DNA of 64,000 bases, taken from contig CM119372.1 of the NCBI GenBank assembly GCA_051294905.1, positions 20,896,001-20,960,000 of the forward strand. The letters run 5' to 3'. Numbering within the stretch: the first letter of the stretch is position 1; each line of letters opens with the position of its first letter. The position numbers were made by a program, and so were the translations under genes. This DNA comes from Botryllus schlosseri. Taxonomy: Eukaryota. This document shows positions 1 through 10,324 of this stretch, piece after piece. Below the pieces are notes generated by a model that had not been told where the DNA came from, did not search any database, and saw only the letters and a list, made by a program, of their open reading frames with translations.

Positions 1-3000
1 ATCACACTGGGTAAAAATATGGACATGAGATTCAGTTCGGATTTCGCAGAGTGCACACTTATCAGTTGGTTCGACCAGGCGTGCGTTCAACTTATTCATG
101 GTTGGAAGTATTTGATGCGCCGCATCCCAGTTGAGGTCTCTTTGTTTCCGCGTTAGGTATTTTGCACGTACGTTCTTCCAGCTCGGGCCTTCCATGTCCA
201 TGATTTCCCTTTTGTGTTGCCTTACGATTGTCGCCCGGTATATGTCCTTCGACATTCCTTTTTCGTAGTCTGCGTCTAGGATTTCCAGTTCCCTCATTGT
301 TTCGTTCACTTCCACCCAGTGTGGTTGCGGCTGAAATGCATGAGGTCTGTCATTAGATAGTTTGTTCTTTCTGTACCTGTTAAGGATGATTGCCAGCTGG
401 TGCTCCATACGTCCGTCCCATTCTGTCTCCGTGTTTTTGCCCGAGTTTTTTAAATACCGGATTGCAGGCTTGATGAAGATGAGGTCCGTAATTCTTGGTA
501 TATCGGTCAAGCCAAGTCCTCCGATTTCCTCCTTTTGAATAATCTTGTTGTAATCCGCCCTCTTCTCTATGCAGAACAGGAATGACATAATGAGTTCTCT
601 TAGTTTGGCCTTCAGGTCCTTCGGCATTCTCGAGGTGGTGGCGTGATATGCGAACAAAGGAAGAATATTGGTCCTTATTAGTTCTATTTTTTCATACCTT
701 TGAAATTTCATCTTTTTCATTTCTCGGATGCGTCGATCTGTTTTGCCAATTGCCGCTTCCCATTGCTGTTCTGTTGCTTGCAATTTGTTGCCTATTGTTT
801 TTCCTAATATGCTAACCTCATCGGCCCATTGGATCGCCGTTGCTGTATTGTATTGGCCTTCTGCTCCAAATTTTATTCCTTTTGTTTTTTCCCAATTAAT
901 TTGTAGTCCGCTTGCCTTCCCGAATTGGGTGACGATGCGCACGGCCTTTTCGCAATCTTGTACTTTCGCCAGCGTTATTGTCACATCATCGGCGTACGCC
1001 GGGGTGGTGATTCTGTTCTTGAGTCCGGTCAGTTTGTACCCGGCTAGGTTCTGGTTGAGGCTCTGTAACAAAGATTCGGTGGCAATGGTGAACAAATACA
1101 TGGAAATAGGGTCGCCTTGTTTAATTCCCGTCTGAATTTCTATTTCGTTACCAATTCTCCCCCCAACTGAGACTCGCGATGTGCTCTTTTCGTATACTTG
1201 CCGGTAGAATTCACGAAAGGTTGGCCCGAAGCCTGCTGATTTTAGTGCTTCCTGTAGGTAGTTGTGATCTACAGTGTCGTAAGCCTTTTTGAAATCGATA
1301 GATATTATTGCGCCTTGTTCTTTGGATCTCATTTCTGATGCTGCTTCCCTGATCAAGAGGTTCAGCTGCTCGATGGTGTTGGGCGGGTTTACGAATTGGT
1401 GCCGATGCGTGATGTTCGGCAGCGCCGCCTTTACTCTGTTGGAAAGAGTTTTGCTTAGTATTTTATAGTCACAGTTCAAAAGTGTTATTGGTCTGTAATT
1501 TTCTATATTTTTTGCATCACCCTTCTTGTAGATGACCTTAAGAATTCCTCTTGCGAGGCCGCTCGATACTTCCTGCGTAGTGTAAATTTCATTGAACACT
1601 TCGGTCAAATCTTCGGCTATCGTGTCCCTGTTCTCAATGTAAAATTCCGCGCTGATCCCATCCTCCCCCGGGGTTCGATTCCTGTTTTGTTGTGCGATGG
1701 CTAAGCGGACCTCGTCTTCGGTGATGGGAGCGTCTATATTCTCCTGCTGCTGCATCGTCAGCTGTTTTTCCTGGTACCTGAGAAAACTACTTGCAGTTTG
1801 TTGGTTTGTTTGTTTCTCACCGTATAGTTCCGTGTAGTATTTTTCGATGATTGTTCTTATTTGTTCATCATCCGAGGTTATTGTTCCATTTTCGTCTTTT
1901 AGTTCTTCGATGTTCACCGCCTCCTTCCTCTTCCTTATTGTCTGACAGAGGAAGTACGGATTGTTGTCCAGGATCGTTTCTCGCTTGGCTTTTGCTTCTG
2001 ACTGAAGCTTGGATAGCTCTTCCGCTTTCCTCTTCCATATTTTCTTCTTTATTTTCCTGTATTCTACTTCAGAGATGTTATTTCGTAGAACATTTTGTCT
2101 TACCTCTTCGAGCTCGTTCTCCTCCTTCAATCTGATGTCCCGCTTTTCTTTTAGGGTTTCCCCAGCGTGTTTCACCGCGAGGTGCTTTAGTTTCCTCTTG
2201 ACGGCTTCCCACCATTCGATTTTGGTTTCGTATATGGCTGGATGCAGCGTCTTCCATCTTCGCCATTTTACTTGGAAGTCATTTTGGAACGCCTCCTTTT
2301 CGTATATTTGTGTGTTATTCTTCCACGAATTAGGCCTCGGACTCTTTCCTTTTACACGTAAGGTCGCAATCACAGCATCGTGGTCTGTAAGGGTACAGGT
2401 TATATGTTTGCAATTTAGAGGTATTATACCTTTCGAGGTGTAGATCCTGTCCAATCTGGACTTTCCTTTGGGGTAGAAATATGTGTAGTCTTTTTTTTTC
2501 CCATTTGTTTCGCGAAATGTATCGGTCACTCCTATGGTCCTCATTACTGAGCGATTGTATGTGGCGTCTTCTCCAAGTCTTGTTATGTTGGGCGGTTCGC
2601 GGTCGAGTTCGCAGCTGTCAACCCCGTTAAAGTCTCCCGCTACCACGTGTCGTTCTTTCCGGCTTATTCTTGTTGCCAGTTGACGCAAGAGTGCTCTTCT
2701 TTTCGTTCTGTTATTGTGACCGTATACGTTAGTGATAGTGAGATTGATTTTACCTGACTTGATTCGGATTTGTAGTATTCTTCCTTCCGTATCCATCGTC
2801 TGGTCTAGTGTTCTGTATGATTTCCTTCTGTGCGTTAGTAGAACTGCTGTTCCTGCCGTTTTCCCGTTTCCGGAATTCCAAAAAGACTTTCCCTTCCATT
2901 CTGCAGCCCAAGTTCTTTCAGTGTCCAGTGTGGAGTGCGTTTCTTGCAGACAAATTATGTCGGCGCCTGTGTCCTTAATGTATTTAAATATTAGTTCTCT

Positions 3001-3066
3001 TTTACTGGCTAGATTCATTCCGTTGACATTGATTGTTAGAATCTTAAAAATATTCGGACCTGCCAT
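1..3066 (-). CDS. Tx1/L1-clade LINE ORF2 (APE endonuclease + reverse transcriptase), runs off the left edge
   Basis: ATG at 3066 gives MAGPNIFKILTINVNGMN..DIICLQETH..NVYG..VVAGDFN..SRLDRIY (APE motifs). RT motifs GIKQGDPIS (~1103-1128) and AYADDV (YADD 985-996) are in the same frame. Absent from the ORF track, consistent with no stop inside the window. Confidence 0.95.
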   Translation of the reverse strand, partial: MAGPNIFKILTINVNGMNLASKRELIFKYIKDTGADIICLQETHSTLDTERTWAAEWKGKSFWNSGNGKTAGTAVLLTHRRKSYRTLDQTMDTEGRILQIRIKSGKINLTITNVYGHNNRTKRRALLRQLATRISRKERHVVAGDFNGVDSCELDREPPNITRLGEDATYNRSVMRTIGVTDTFRETNGKKKDYTYFYPKGKSRLDRIYTSKGIIPLNCKHITCTLTDHDAVIATLRVKGKSPRPNSWKNNTQIYEKEAFQNDFQVKWRRWKTLHPAIYETKIEWWEAVKRKLKHLAVKHAGETLKEKRDIRLKEENELEEVRQNVLRNNISEVEYRKIKKKIWKRKAEELSKLQSEAKAKRETILDNNPYFLCQTIRKRKEAVNIEELKDENGTITSDDEQIRTIIEKYYTELYGEKQTNQQTASSFLRYQEKQLTMQQQENIDAPITEDEVRLAIAQQNRNRTPGEDGISAEFYIENRDTIAEDLTEVFNEIYTTQEVSSGLARGILKVIYKKGDAKNIENYRPITLLNCDYKILSKTLSNRVKAALPNITHRHQFVNPPNTIEQLNLLIREAASEMRSKEQGAIISIDFKKAYDTVDHNYLQEALKSAGFGPTFREFYRQVYEKSTSRVSVGGRIGNEIEIQTGIKQGDPISMYLFTIATESLLQSLNQNLAGYKLTGLKNRITTPAYADDVTITLAKVQDCEKAVRIVTQFGKASGLQINWEKTKGIKFGAEGQYNTATAIQWADEVSILGKTIGNKLQATEQQWEAAIGKTDRRIREMKKMKFQRYEKIELIRTNILPLFAYHATTSRMPKDLKAKLRELIMSFLFCIEKRADYNKIIQKEEIGGLGLTDIPRITDLIFIKPAIRYLKNSGKNTETEWDGRMEHQLAIILNRYRKNKLSNDRPHAFQPQPHWVEVNETMRELEILDADYEKGMSKDIYRATIVRQHKREIMDMEGPSWKNVRAKYLTRKQRDLNWDAAHQILPTMNKLNARLVEPTDKCALCEIRTESHVHIFTQCD

Positions 3067-3074
3067 AATGAACG

Positions 3075-4691
3075 TTACTTGTTAATAGTTGCGGACTTTT
3101 GCCTCTTCGATTTCCTGCACCTTGCGCACGATTTGTAAAACTTGGCATCCTCATTTCGGATTAGGTTGCCACAGCAGCTGGATATTTGGCATTCGCTTTT
3201 GCAGGTCCCGCAGATTATTGTTGTATTGTTAGTTAATTGTTCGCCCGTCACGATGAATTGATCATTCGTGTTGCAGCACGCCTGTATAATACAGTTTTCA
3301 GTTTGACATTGCATACAGGTACATACCGATCTTTGGTTCGTGAATGTAATCGGCCTGCCGCAGCTGATGCACGAGTCCGCTCCCTTTATTTCACCAGAGT
3401 AGCTATTGAACCTTCTGGTTGGCTGGATATGCTCCTCAGAGTCAGTGCTTTCCCTTTGCCTCTTGTCCCTCGAGGTCATATCCTGAGGCGCTTCATCTTC
3501 TGGTCTATTTACAAGGGCATTCGTTTGATCAAACCAATCGCTTTGATATACCTCTGCATTTTCGCTACTGCTTTTGTTGTTTGGGCTCTCGAATATGGTA
3601 AATATGTTCTTGTCGGTGTCGACGGTGTTTTGGACGTTCTTTATGCATCGAATCGTTTGGCTCTCGTCTATTTCTTCGTCGTCCTTTGCCGGTTTGTCGT
3701 CGGACTCTTTCGCCGCACCCTGCTGTTCGTTCGTTTCACCGGATGGGCGTTCTTCTTGCTCTTCGCGTTCACTCGACATACGTCTCTCGTTTCCTTTTAT
3801 GGGCCCGACTTCCTCCGATCTCCTCCGCTGGGTTTGTTGTTTTCTTGCGCTCTCCTCGATTGTTGATTGGCTGTCGATTGCAGTCGTTTCCATCGACGTC
3901 ATGCGTTTCGCCTCGACATCTCCACCTATTGATGTCGCAATAGTGGGTGTCGGCGCATTTCCTGCATTCTCTGTTAGCGGATTTCGATATTGCTGGGTCC
4001 CTCTGTTGATACTTGGGGTGATTTTTGGGTCTTCGCGCCTCTCGTGCTCTCTCCTCCTAGGTCTGGGAGGTCTTGTTGATTTCGTCGGGCATAATCTAGC
4101 AATATGTCCTGGCTGCTCACATATAGCACATGTAGCTGTTTGTCCCCTGTATTTCACTGCGATTTTCGCCCCATCTATCCAAATATATGATTTTATTGGG
4201 TTTTCTTCAATACACTTTTTCCCTACTAACACGCTTCGGATCCCGTTTTTAAATCCCATGTCATCTTTTTGCTGGAAGATGCTCTTTATGGGTCCATGAT
4301 TGTTTTCAAAATATTCCTTTATCCGGTCGTCTCCCATGCGAATGGGCACCCAGCTGAGGTAAATCGCGATGTTTTCAGAGATGTACATCCAGTGTGTCGG
4401 GAGGTCGATTCCATCTCTCTTCATTTGTACCATTCTTCTGTCCACGTTTACCGCTAGTCTTCTCTCTCTGAATGTGAGGTCAATCTGACCATTCGGGAAC
4501 TTTATGATTCCTTCTATGTGCTCCTTGTCGATTCCGACTGCATCGAAAAGTTCTATTAATTCTTGTCTTTCTGGCACTTGACTCAGTTTGATACCAATGT
4601 CGCATGTCCTGTCTATTAGCTGTGTAGCACCAGCTGCATTTGCGTATGACGTTGAGGCCGCACCTCTATTTTCATCTTCCACCATCGCCAT
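3075..4691 (-). CDS. Tx1/L1-clade LINE ORF1 (gag-like, CCHC zinc knuckle, Cys-rich C-terminus)
   Basis: 538-aa ORF with CAICEQPGHIARLC (CX2CX4HX4C) after ..YRGQTAT. Its stop lies 8 nt before the ORF2 ATG. Confidence 0.92.
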   Translation of the reverse strand: MAMVEDENRGAASTSYANAAGATQLIDRTCDIGIKLSQVPERQELIELFDAVGIDKEHIEGIIKFPNGQIDLTFRERRLAVNVDRRMVQMKRDGIDLPTHWMYISENIAIYLSWVPIRMGDDRIKEYFENNHGPIKSIFQQKDDMGFKNGIRSVLVGKKCIEENPIKSYIWIDGAKIAVKYRGQTATCAICEQPGHIARLCPTKSTRPPRPRRREHERREDPKITPSINRGTQQYRNPLTENAGNAPTPTIATSIGGDVEAKRMTSMETTAIDSQSTIEESARKQQTQRRRSEEVGPIKGNERRMSSEREEQEERPSGETNEQQGAAKESDDKPAKDDEEIDESQTIRCIKNVQNTVDTDKNIFTIFESPNNKSSSENAEVYQSDWFDQTNALVNRPEDEAPQDMTSRDKRQRESTDSEEHIQPTRRFNSYSGEIKGADSCISCGRPITFTNQRSVCTCMQCQTENCIIQACCNTNDQFIVTGEQLTNNTTIICGTCKSECQISSCCGNLIRNEDAKFYKSCARCRKSKRQKSATINK

Positions 4692-4784
4692 CTTATTGTT
4701 CGGCGCTTTCCGTTTCTAGACCTCTACCTCCACACCCCTGCATATTCGTGTCAATACAACCGGTTCAGCACGGATTCTACTTGA

Positions 4785-5370
4785 AAAATTTCAAAAACCA
4801 AAACTAATAAATTTATTGATATATTTGACTGGTGATAATAGTATTTACGGTGAGCAGGGATATAGGTTGGGACCATAAAATTTTTATGTAATGCATATTT
4901 CACGGTGGAATAACTGGGGAATTTAAAATCAAGCTTTTTATCAACCATACTCCTTGAAAGCACATTTCACAATAATTTTTTTTTGTGTAGGCCGTATCCC
5001 ACAGACATTTTCAAGCCCGTCCCCCCCATTTTTTTTTTCATCCGTAACTTTTTTTTCATTGAGTTTAGGGCGAAACAGTTGGTTTTATTGAATTCCTTGG
5101 CCCCAGAATTGGTTAATTGGACATTTTAATTGGTTCTCTACCATCATTTAAGCGAAAAATATCGATTTCAAAGATTTTTGAAAGTAGCGCCACCTAGTGA
5201 CGAGAGGATTTTAAATCGCAATATCTTTTGAACCGCTGAACATTTTTCAATTTTTTTTTTTTTAAGAAACTTGGAATTCAAAAAAGAACAACATATATAA
5301 ATATTGGACAATTCTGAGAGTATGCATTACAAATCTCAAAAAATTTGCTAAATTATAATGGAATTAGCCT
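4785..5370. mobile_element. Probable terminal fragment of a non-autonomous DNA transposon
   Basis: AT-rich segment with motifs common in MITE arms (agcgccacctagtg, aatatcttttgaaccgctg). No partner end in the window. Confidence 0.3.
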
Positions 5371-5764
5371 GATGTGAGGTAGTGGACCACAACACTAGAT
5401 AGATGAAGAAATATTCTGACGATTTAATTTTGTAGCTCTCAAATACAAGTATATTTAGTTATTCCTTTCGTGCACAAAGCTTCAAAGCATAAGCTATGTA
5501 CAAAGGGGCTCTCACTCGCAAAAGTGATATACAGTGCCTCCTTCGATATCCACACGCTGTGCGCTGCAGGATATACCTAGTTCGGAACATGTTGTGGAAA
5601 ATAACCCGAGCAAGCGTGGCGTTAGTGTGTTAACGGGTGATTGGCGATCTAAAAGTACGCGCTATCCATTTAAAATGAATTATAATAACCCACTGCAATT
5701 ATGAGAACATGTGCAGCAAACGTCGCCACGTAGGCGACCAAAAATTTGACATGTTTATTTGCTC

Positions 5765-5905
5765 TAAATACTCATTAAGGATATGTCATACTACTCCATC
5801 ATCTACTGCGAAGCCATTTTTCTGCAGCGCCCCCTGAGCGTTTCCGCCCCCTTCAGAATCGCCAGCGTCCCTTAGGGGGCGCTGGAGGCAAGGTTAAGAC
5901 CAATG
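5765..5905. repeat. Partial copy of the right end of the hAT element at 31008-32528
   Basis: actcattaaggatatgtc...catctactgcgaagccattttt...ggcaaggttaaga also occurs at ~32349-32528. Confidence 0.8.
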
Positions 5906-6493
5906 ATCTAAATGAAATCAAATCACCACCTTTCAATGTTATTGTACGGATAAAAATTTACTGTGGCATATTAGTCAATACAGGTATAATAACATCTAAG
6001 GCGATGATCTGAGTTTGCCCATCCTTACCCTATACATGCATGCATAGCCATGACAGTCGGGTTCGGCGTCAAACATTGGCGTTAACAGCAAGCTGTCAGT
6101 ATTCTTAAGGACGATACTATATATTTATGTGTATAACGTATTATAATTCAGAAAAGTTGCTTGAAGTGGCAATCGCTAAAAATGATCTATTGCGCAGTAT
6201 AGGAGCTATACAGCGTGAGCTATATATAGTGTCCTGCTGCTCAAGTTGCTCTTGTACTTGGAAAACGCCATATCTCCATACACATCATCTATCCAACTCT
6301 CACTACAGGCATCGTTCGTTGGTTCGTATATGAACAAACATCTTCCCAGACTAACTATCACCGTAAAATCCCGGACAGAAGCGAGTGTCATTTCAGGCTC
6401 AAATTCCCCACAGCGTTCAGTCGTTTGTGGACCCTATCGGCCACAGTTGCGTTTTCCTCATGAATTTGACTGTGCGATCAAATTTGCAGGCAT

Positions 6494-9211
6494 TCACTCA
6501 ACAATAGCAGGCACACTGGAATCTTGCTCCACTGGCTGCTCTGAAGTATTGCTATCTTGCGTTTTGCTCACAGCATCCGGATTTGATCTTTTGCTTTCGA
6601 AATCTTTCATTTCTTTGGCGTATCGGGCCTTGTCTTTCTCGTACATTGCTGTGGAACATGGAACATAGTGATGGTCAAGCTATCAATGCGTGAATAGAAT
6701 AAAAGCATGAAGTTGGTAATCACCGTAGTATGTCTTGCGATCTTCACTGGCTGTTTTTTGCCAAATCTCTGCTAGCTTACGGGTCATCTCTTGGCGACTT
6801 ATCTCGGTTTTGTGGGTCTTGTTATACTGTTCCTGCAGGGTAAACAGACGGACAGCTTTATTCAACTATATTGTAATCGAAATTCACTACATTTTACGGT
6901 GATACAATCCTTAGGATCCCACGGATCTTCTAGTCCAACTGCATTGATGGAGTATGAGTTGAATGCAATAATACTAAGTAGGAAACTGTTTCTTATATCA
7001 AAAATGAGTTTGAATCTAAGCATAATGACTACAGGCCGAATAGCTGGAAAGAAGTTGGGACATCAACAGATGGAATGACAGTGACAAAGAATTAAATTCG
7101 AGGTCAAATAAATACAGGGAAGTTGTCAATTTACGAATACACAAACAAACTGCTCTCACACCTGCACTGAATCCCGATTTTTCTGGCAAAACATCAGGAA
7201 AGCGTTGGTCGGTTTTTTCGGTGCATTTTGCAGTCTTTTCACTGAAATCATCGATATTTATGTGAAAGAGGAGATAATACTATCAGAATTAACCGCTTGC
7301 TTTGGTCTCTGATTGTTTTTGCAACCTAGCTGACGTCATGCGTATGGTCAGCATGTAGCTACGCAGCCCGGGAGTGAATGGCACCGATTCCCCTCCCATC
7401 CCAAAAATTTCGACTTGGACAATTGTGCTGTTATCTATGTTCACTACCCCACAATGAATCTGTGATGTGACATCACTGAAAAAATTCGCTCCCCCCCCAT
7501 TTTTAATTCGACATTTACAAATTTTCATTCTGACAACGCCTATGGTATCATGTTGCGGTTGACAAGCAGTTCCACTTAACATGTTCTATCAACTACAGCA
7601 TTGGTGTACATTAGTTTCAGTCTCTTGGTCTTCTGGAAAGGGGTCTATTGTATCATGCATGTCGATAACTACAGTACCGTACCTTTCACTTTTTTCTTCG
7701 GCCTCTTGGCTTCTTTAACTGTCAGTTCCTGATCGTGTTGCAAAGCCAGAGCTATTTTCCGTTCCTCGTCTTCGACTACTTTCAATTTTGCGGCATGATA
7801 GTCATCGCCAAACGCTTCGAGTCTCTTCATTAAAAACCTAGGACAAGGAAAGGTTCTCATTCACAACAGATTGCTTATAGCTACGGAAGTGGAAGACCAT
7901 GGCATCCAGCCAACAGGTTTCCCTACTACACAGTTCATTTGAATACGAAACATGCATTAGTTTGAGTACACCACTACACACACACACACACAAAGGAGTT
8001 CGTGTACCATCTAAAAATAGTGCATTGAACATTCTCTTGTTCGAAATGTCATGCTGGTGCCGTCATATTTTGTGATACGATTGTTGATATACAATGTTCT
8101 TTCCAATTCTCTACTAGTGTAGTATGAGTGTCAGCCAAAAATGAATGCATACTTTTATTGGTACATCACAAGTGGAGAGATTTGATTGAAACCACAGGGA
8201 GCATCATCATGACGAATGCAAATGATTAATGACACTCCAAATAGACACCATATTTGAAAATACATTTAGTTAATGTGGTGCGCATGCTATTTGACACAGT
8301 TATTATAACTATTTTCAAAAAAGCAGTTTTACCAAATGACTTGTGAAGTAGAACTAGTGTAAGACATAAGCACTTAAGCAAGTAGTAAAAGTACTTGGTT
8401 AGGCTTAGGCTACTGCCCAGTGTCCACCTCTGCTTTAGACACACATCAAGTGCTAGGGCTATGATGCACCAGTCGGATTAGTAGGCGCATTATTACTTCG
8501 TCAAAAACATACAAATTTGACTGTAGACAATATCACCAGTGCATTGAATGAAGGTCTGCTTATCAAGGAATCTATTTCCCACCTCACATGCTCCCGGTCG
8601 TCCTACCCGACTACTTCAAATTGAACAGTCACAACTGGTCCCGTATAGAATCGATGTCCTGTGCTCACACTGTTTTATTTTTTTATTATTTTTTATTAAA
8701 TTACGTCAACCTAGAAAATCATTGCTGCTCACCTGATATATCAGGAAAAACGGCCAGCAATTCCAGTCAGGCAACTGGCCATCATAACATTATATGCTAT
8801 AGTTCAAGGAAATTACACACATTTCACATACCACGGCACTCAGCATCGAAGTAGATTTCAACAGGTAGGCCTACCTCACAATTCGAATCCACGACAACCA
8901 TTTCAGTCACATTCTACGCTGCTCTATACCAACCTTCTTTCTTTCTGTATCCTACCGACGACTTTATTAACCCTCCTTATCTTCTCGGCGCATTTCGCAT
9001 TCTCCGCTTGGACTCTGATACACTCTTTGTAGAGAGCATCGCAATCTTCCTTTCCCACGTTCTTCTCATCATCATCTACCTCCACACTATCCCCTGAATG
9101 GGGCTCGGCAGGCTTGGTTATATCAAACATCGACACATCCGCCAACGCCTCCTTTGGGGACGTAGAACGTACCGAAGCCGCCGTTTCCTTATTGTCATCG
9201 TTGCTTAACAT
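6494..9211 (-). CDS. TFPT: TFPT/INO80F-like coiled-coil protein with C-terminal HMG box (Nhp10-like)
   Basis: Exons 9211-8934, 7837-7683, (possible 7330-7295), 7241-7162, 6832-6724, 6648-6494, all GT-AG with consistent phases. Spliced ..RIQKERRFLMKRLEAFGDDY resembles TFPT ..QQERRFLMRVLDSYGDDY. It is followed by an HMG box: APKKPTNAFLMFCQKNR..ISRQEMTRKLAEIW..YYAMYEKDKARYAKEM. Confidence 0.8.
8650..8765 (-). repeat. Short interspersed repeat (~120 bp); other copies at ~35800-35915 and ~41195-41312 (+)
   Basis: Shared ggcctttttgcctgatatatcag..agcagcgatgatttt..aatttaataaaaaat..gtgtgagcacaggacaccgattc. Confidence 0.8.
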
Positions 9212-10324
9212 TTATACAGCTTACCCCAATGTCTAAAATGAGTTGTGACAAAATTCAGTTGGGTTGAGCTTTTCTGAAACAATTTCGTACGAGATTATCA
9301 TAGACGATGATACAATGGTATAGAAAAGAATCACAGATATAATACATTTTGTTGCAGGGCAAAGTGCAATGAATAACGACCGAAACAGGAAAACTGCCAA
9401 TGATTGAAATGAGTTACTGTATGAAATCAACTGCCAATGACCAGGGCCGGGGAGACGGGGTCAAGGTTTGAATGCAGCTTCACCTGCTTTGTTTTTGTCC
9501 GGCTGACACGTTTTGTTGCTGTAACTACCTACCTAGATCTAAAAACCAAATTTGCTGCACAACTCTTCTAATATCATATATCTTAGGCCAGTGGTTGACA
9601 GGGTGGTAGACATTGCACCGGATGGGATTTTCCAAGTGATAGGGCGTAAAAAAATGAAGGGGGCAATAGGGTGATGAAAACGTTAGAACGTTCAATCGAA
9701 TGTTTGATGACAATCAACTGTATAAAATTAACTGTACAGTATCTTGCTGAATTCAATTTATATATATATATATAATGGATTGATGTTGTTAGAAAAGTGG
9801 CTCAATACTTGACTCATCCCAGCCGTGAGAGGTGAAAAGGACCAAATCAGGGATATCTGCTTCACATCACATAATGAACTTATTCATAAACTCTATCAAC
9901 CTCGCCGCGATGCAAAATTGAGCATACGAAAATCATTGTTTCAGCATCAGAAATTCATTGAGCAGTATGCAAACAGAGCTACTTGATTATTACGAAAATG
10001 TAGAAGTACTTCGGTACTGATTACCAAATACCTATAGCTTTTAGGGGCAAAAAATATATCACTTTGGCCAGAACTATCTCCATTACAGCCGGGTAAGAGT
10101 GGAAATCACAATTTCATTTCTGAAGAATCCAGAGTCATTTATTCAAAATCAGTCATACAGTCTCACCCAAAAATTGGAATATCAAATGAGACATAGCAAT
10201 CTGAAAATTTTGGCGACACACCTAATATCCGTCATCAAAGACACTACTGAAACACCGCTTTGTGGTGCAAAGACTGGTGACTCACTCAAATCGTAGTGTT
10301 CAATAACGGAATGGCGGCGAAGAA

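Larger units (their letters stand above)
1..4780 (-). mobile_element. Tx1-like non-LTR retrotransposon, 5' part
   Basis: ORF1 + ORF2 with a short 5' UTR; 5' boundary approximate. Confidence 0.85.

Noticed and set aside
728..4457. Plus-strand ORFs over the LINE
   Set aside because: Antisense shadows of ORF1 and ORF2.
6206..6391. Extra 3' coding exon of the TFPT-HMG gene
   Set aside because: An in-frame stop is already reached at 6494 and no convincing phase-compatible splice was found; likely 3' UTR.
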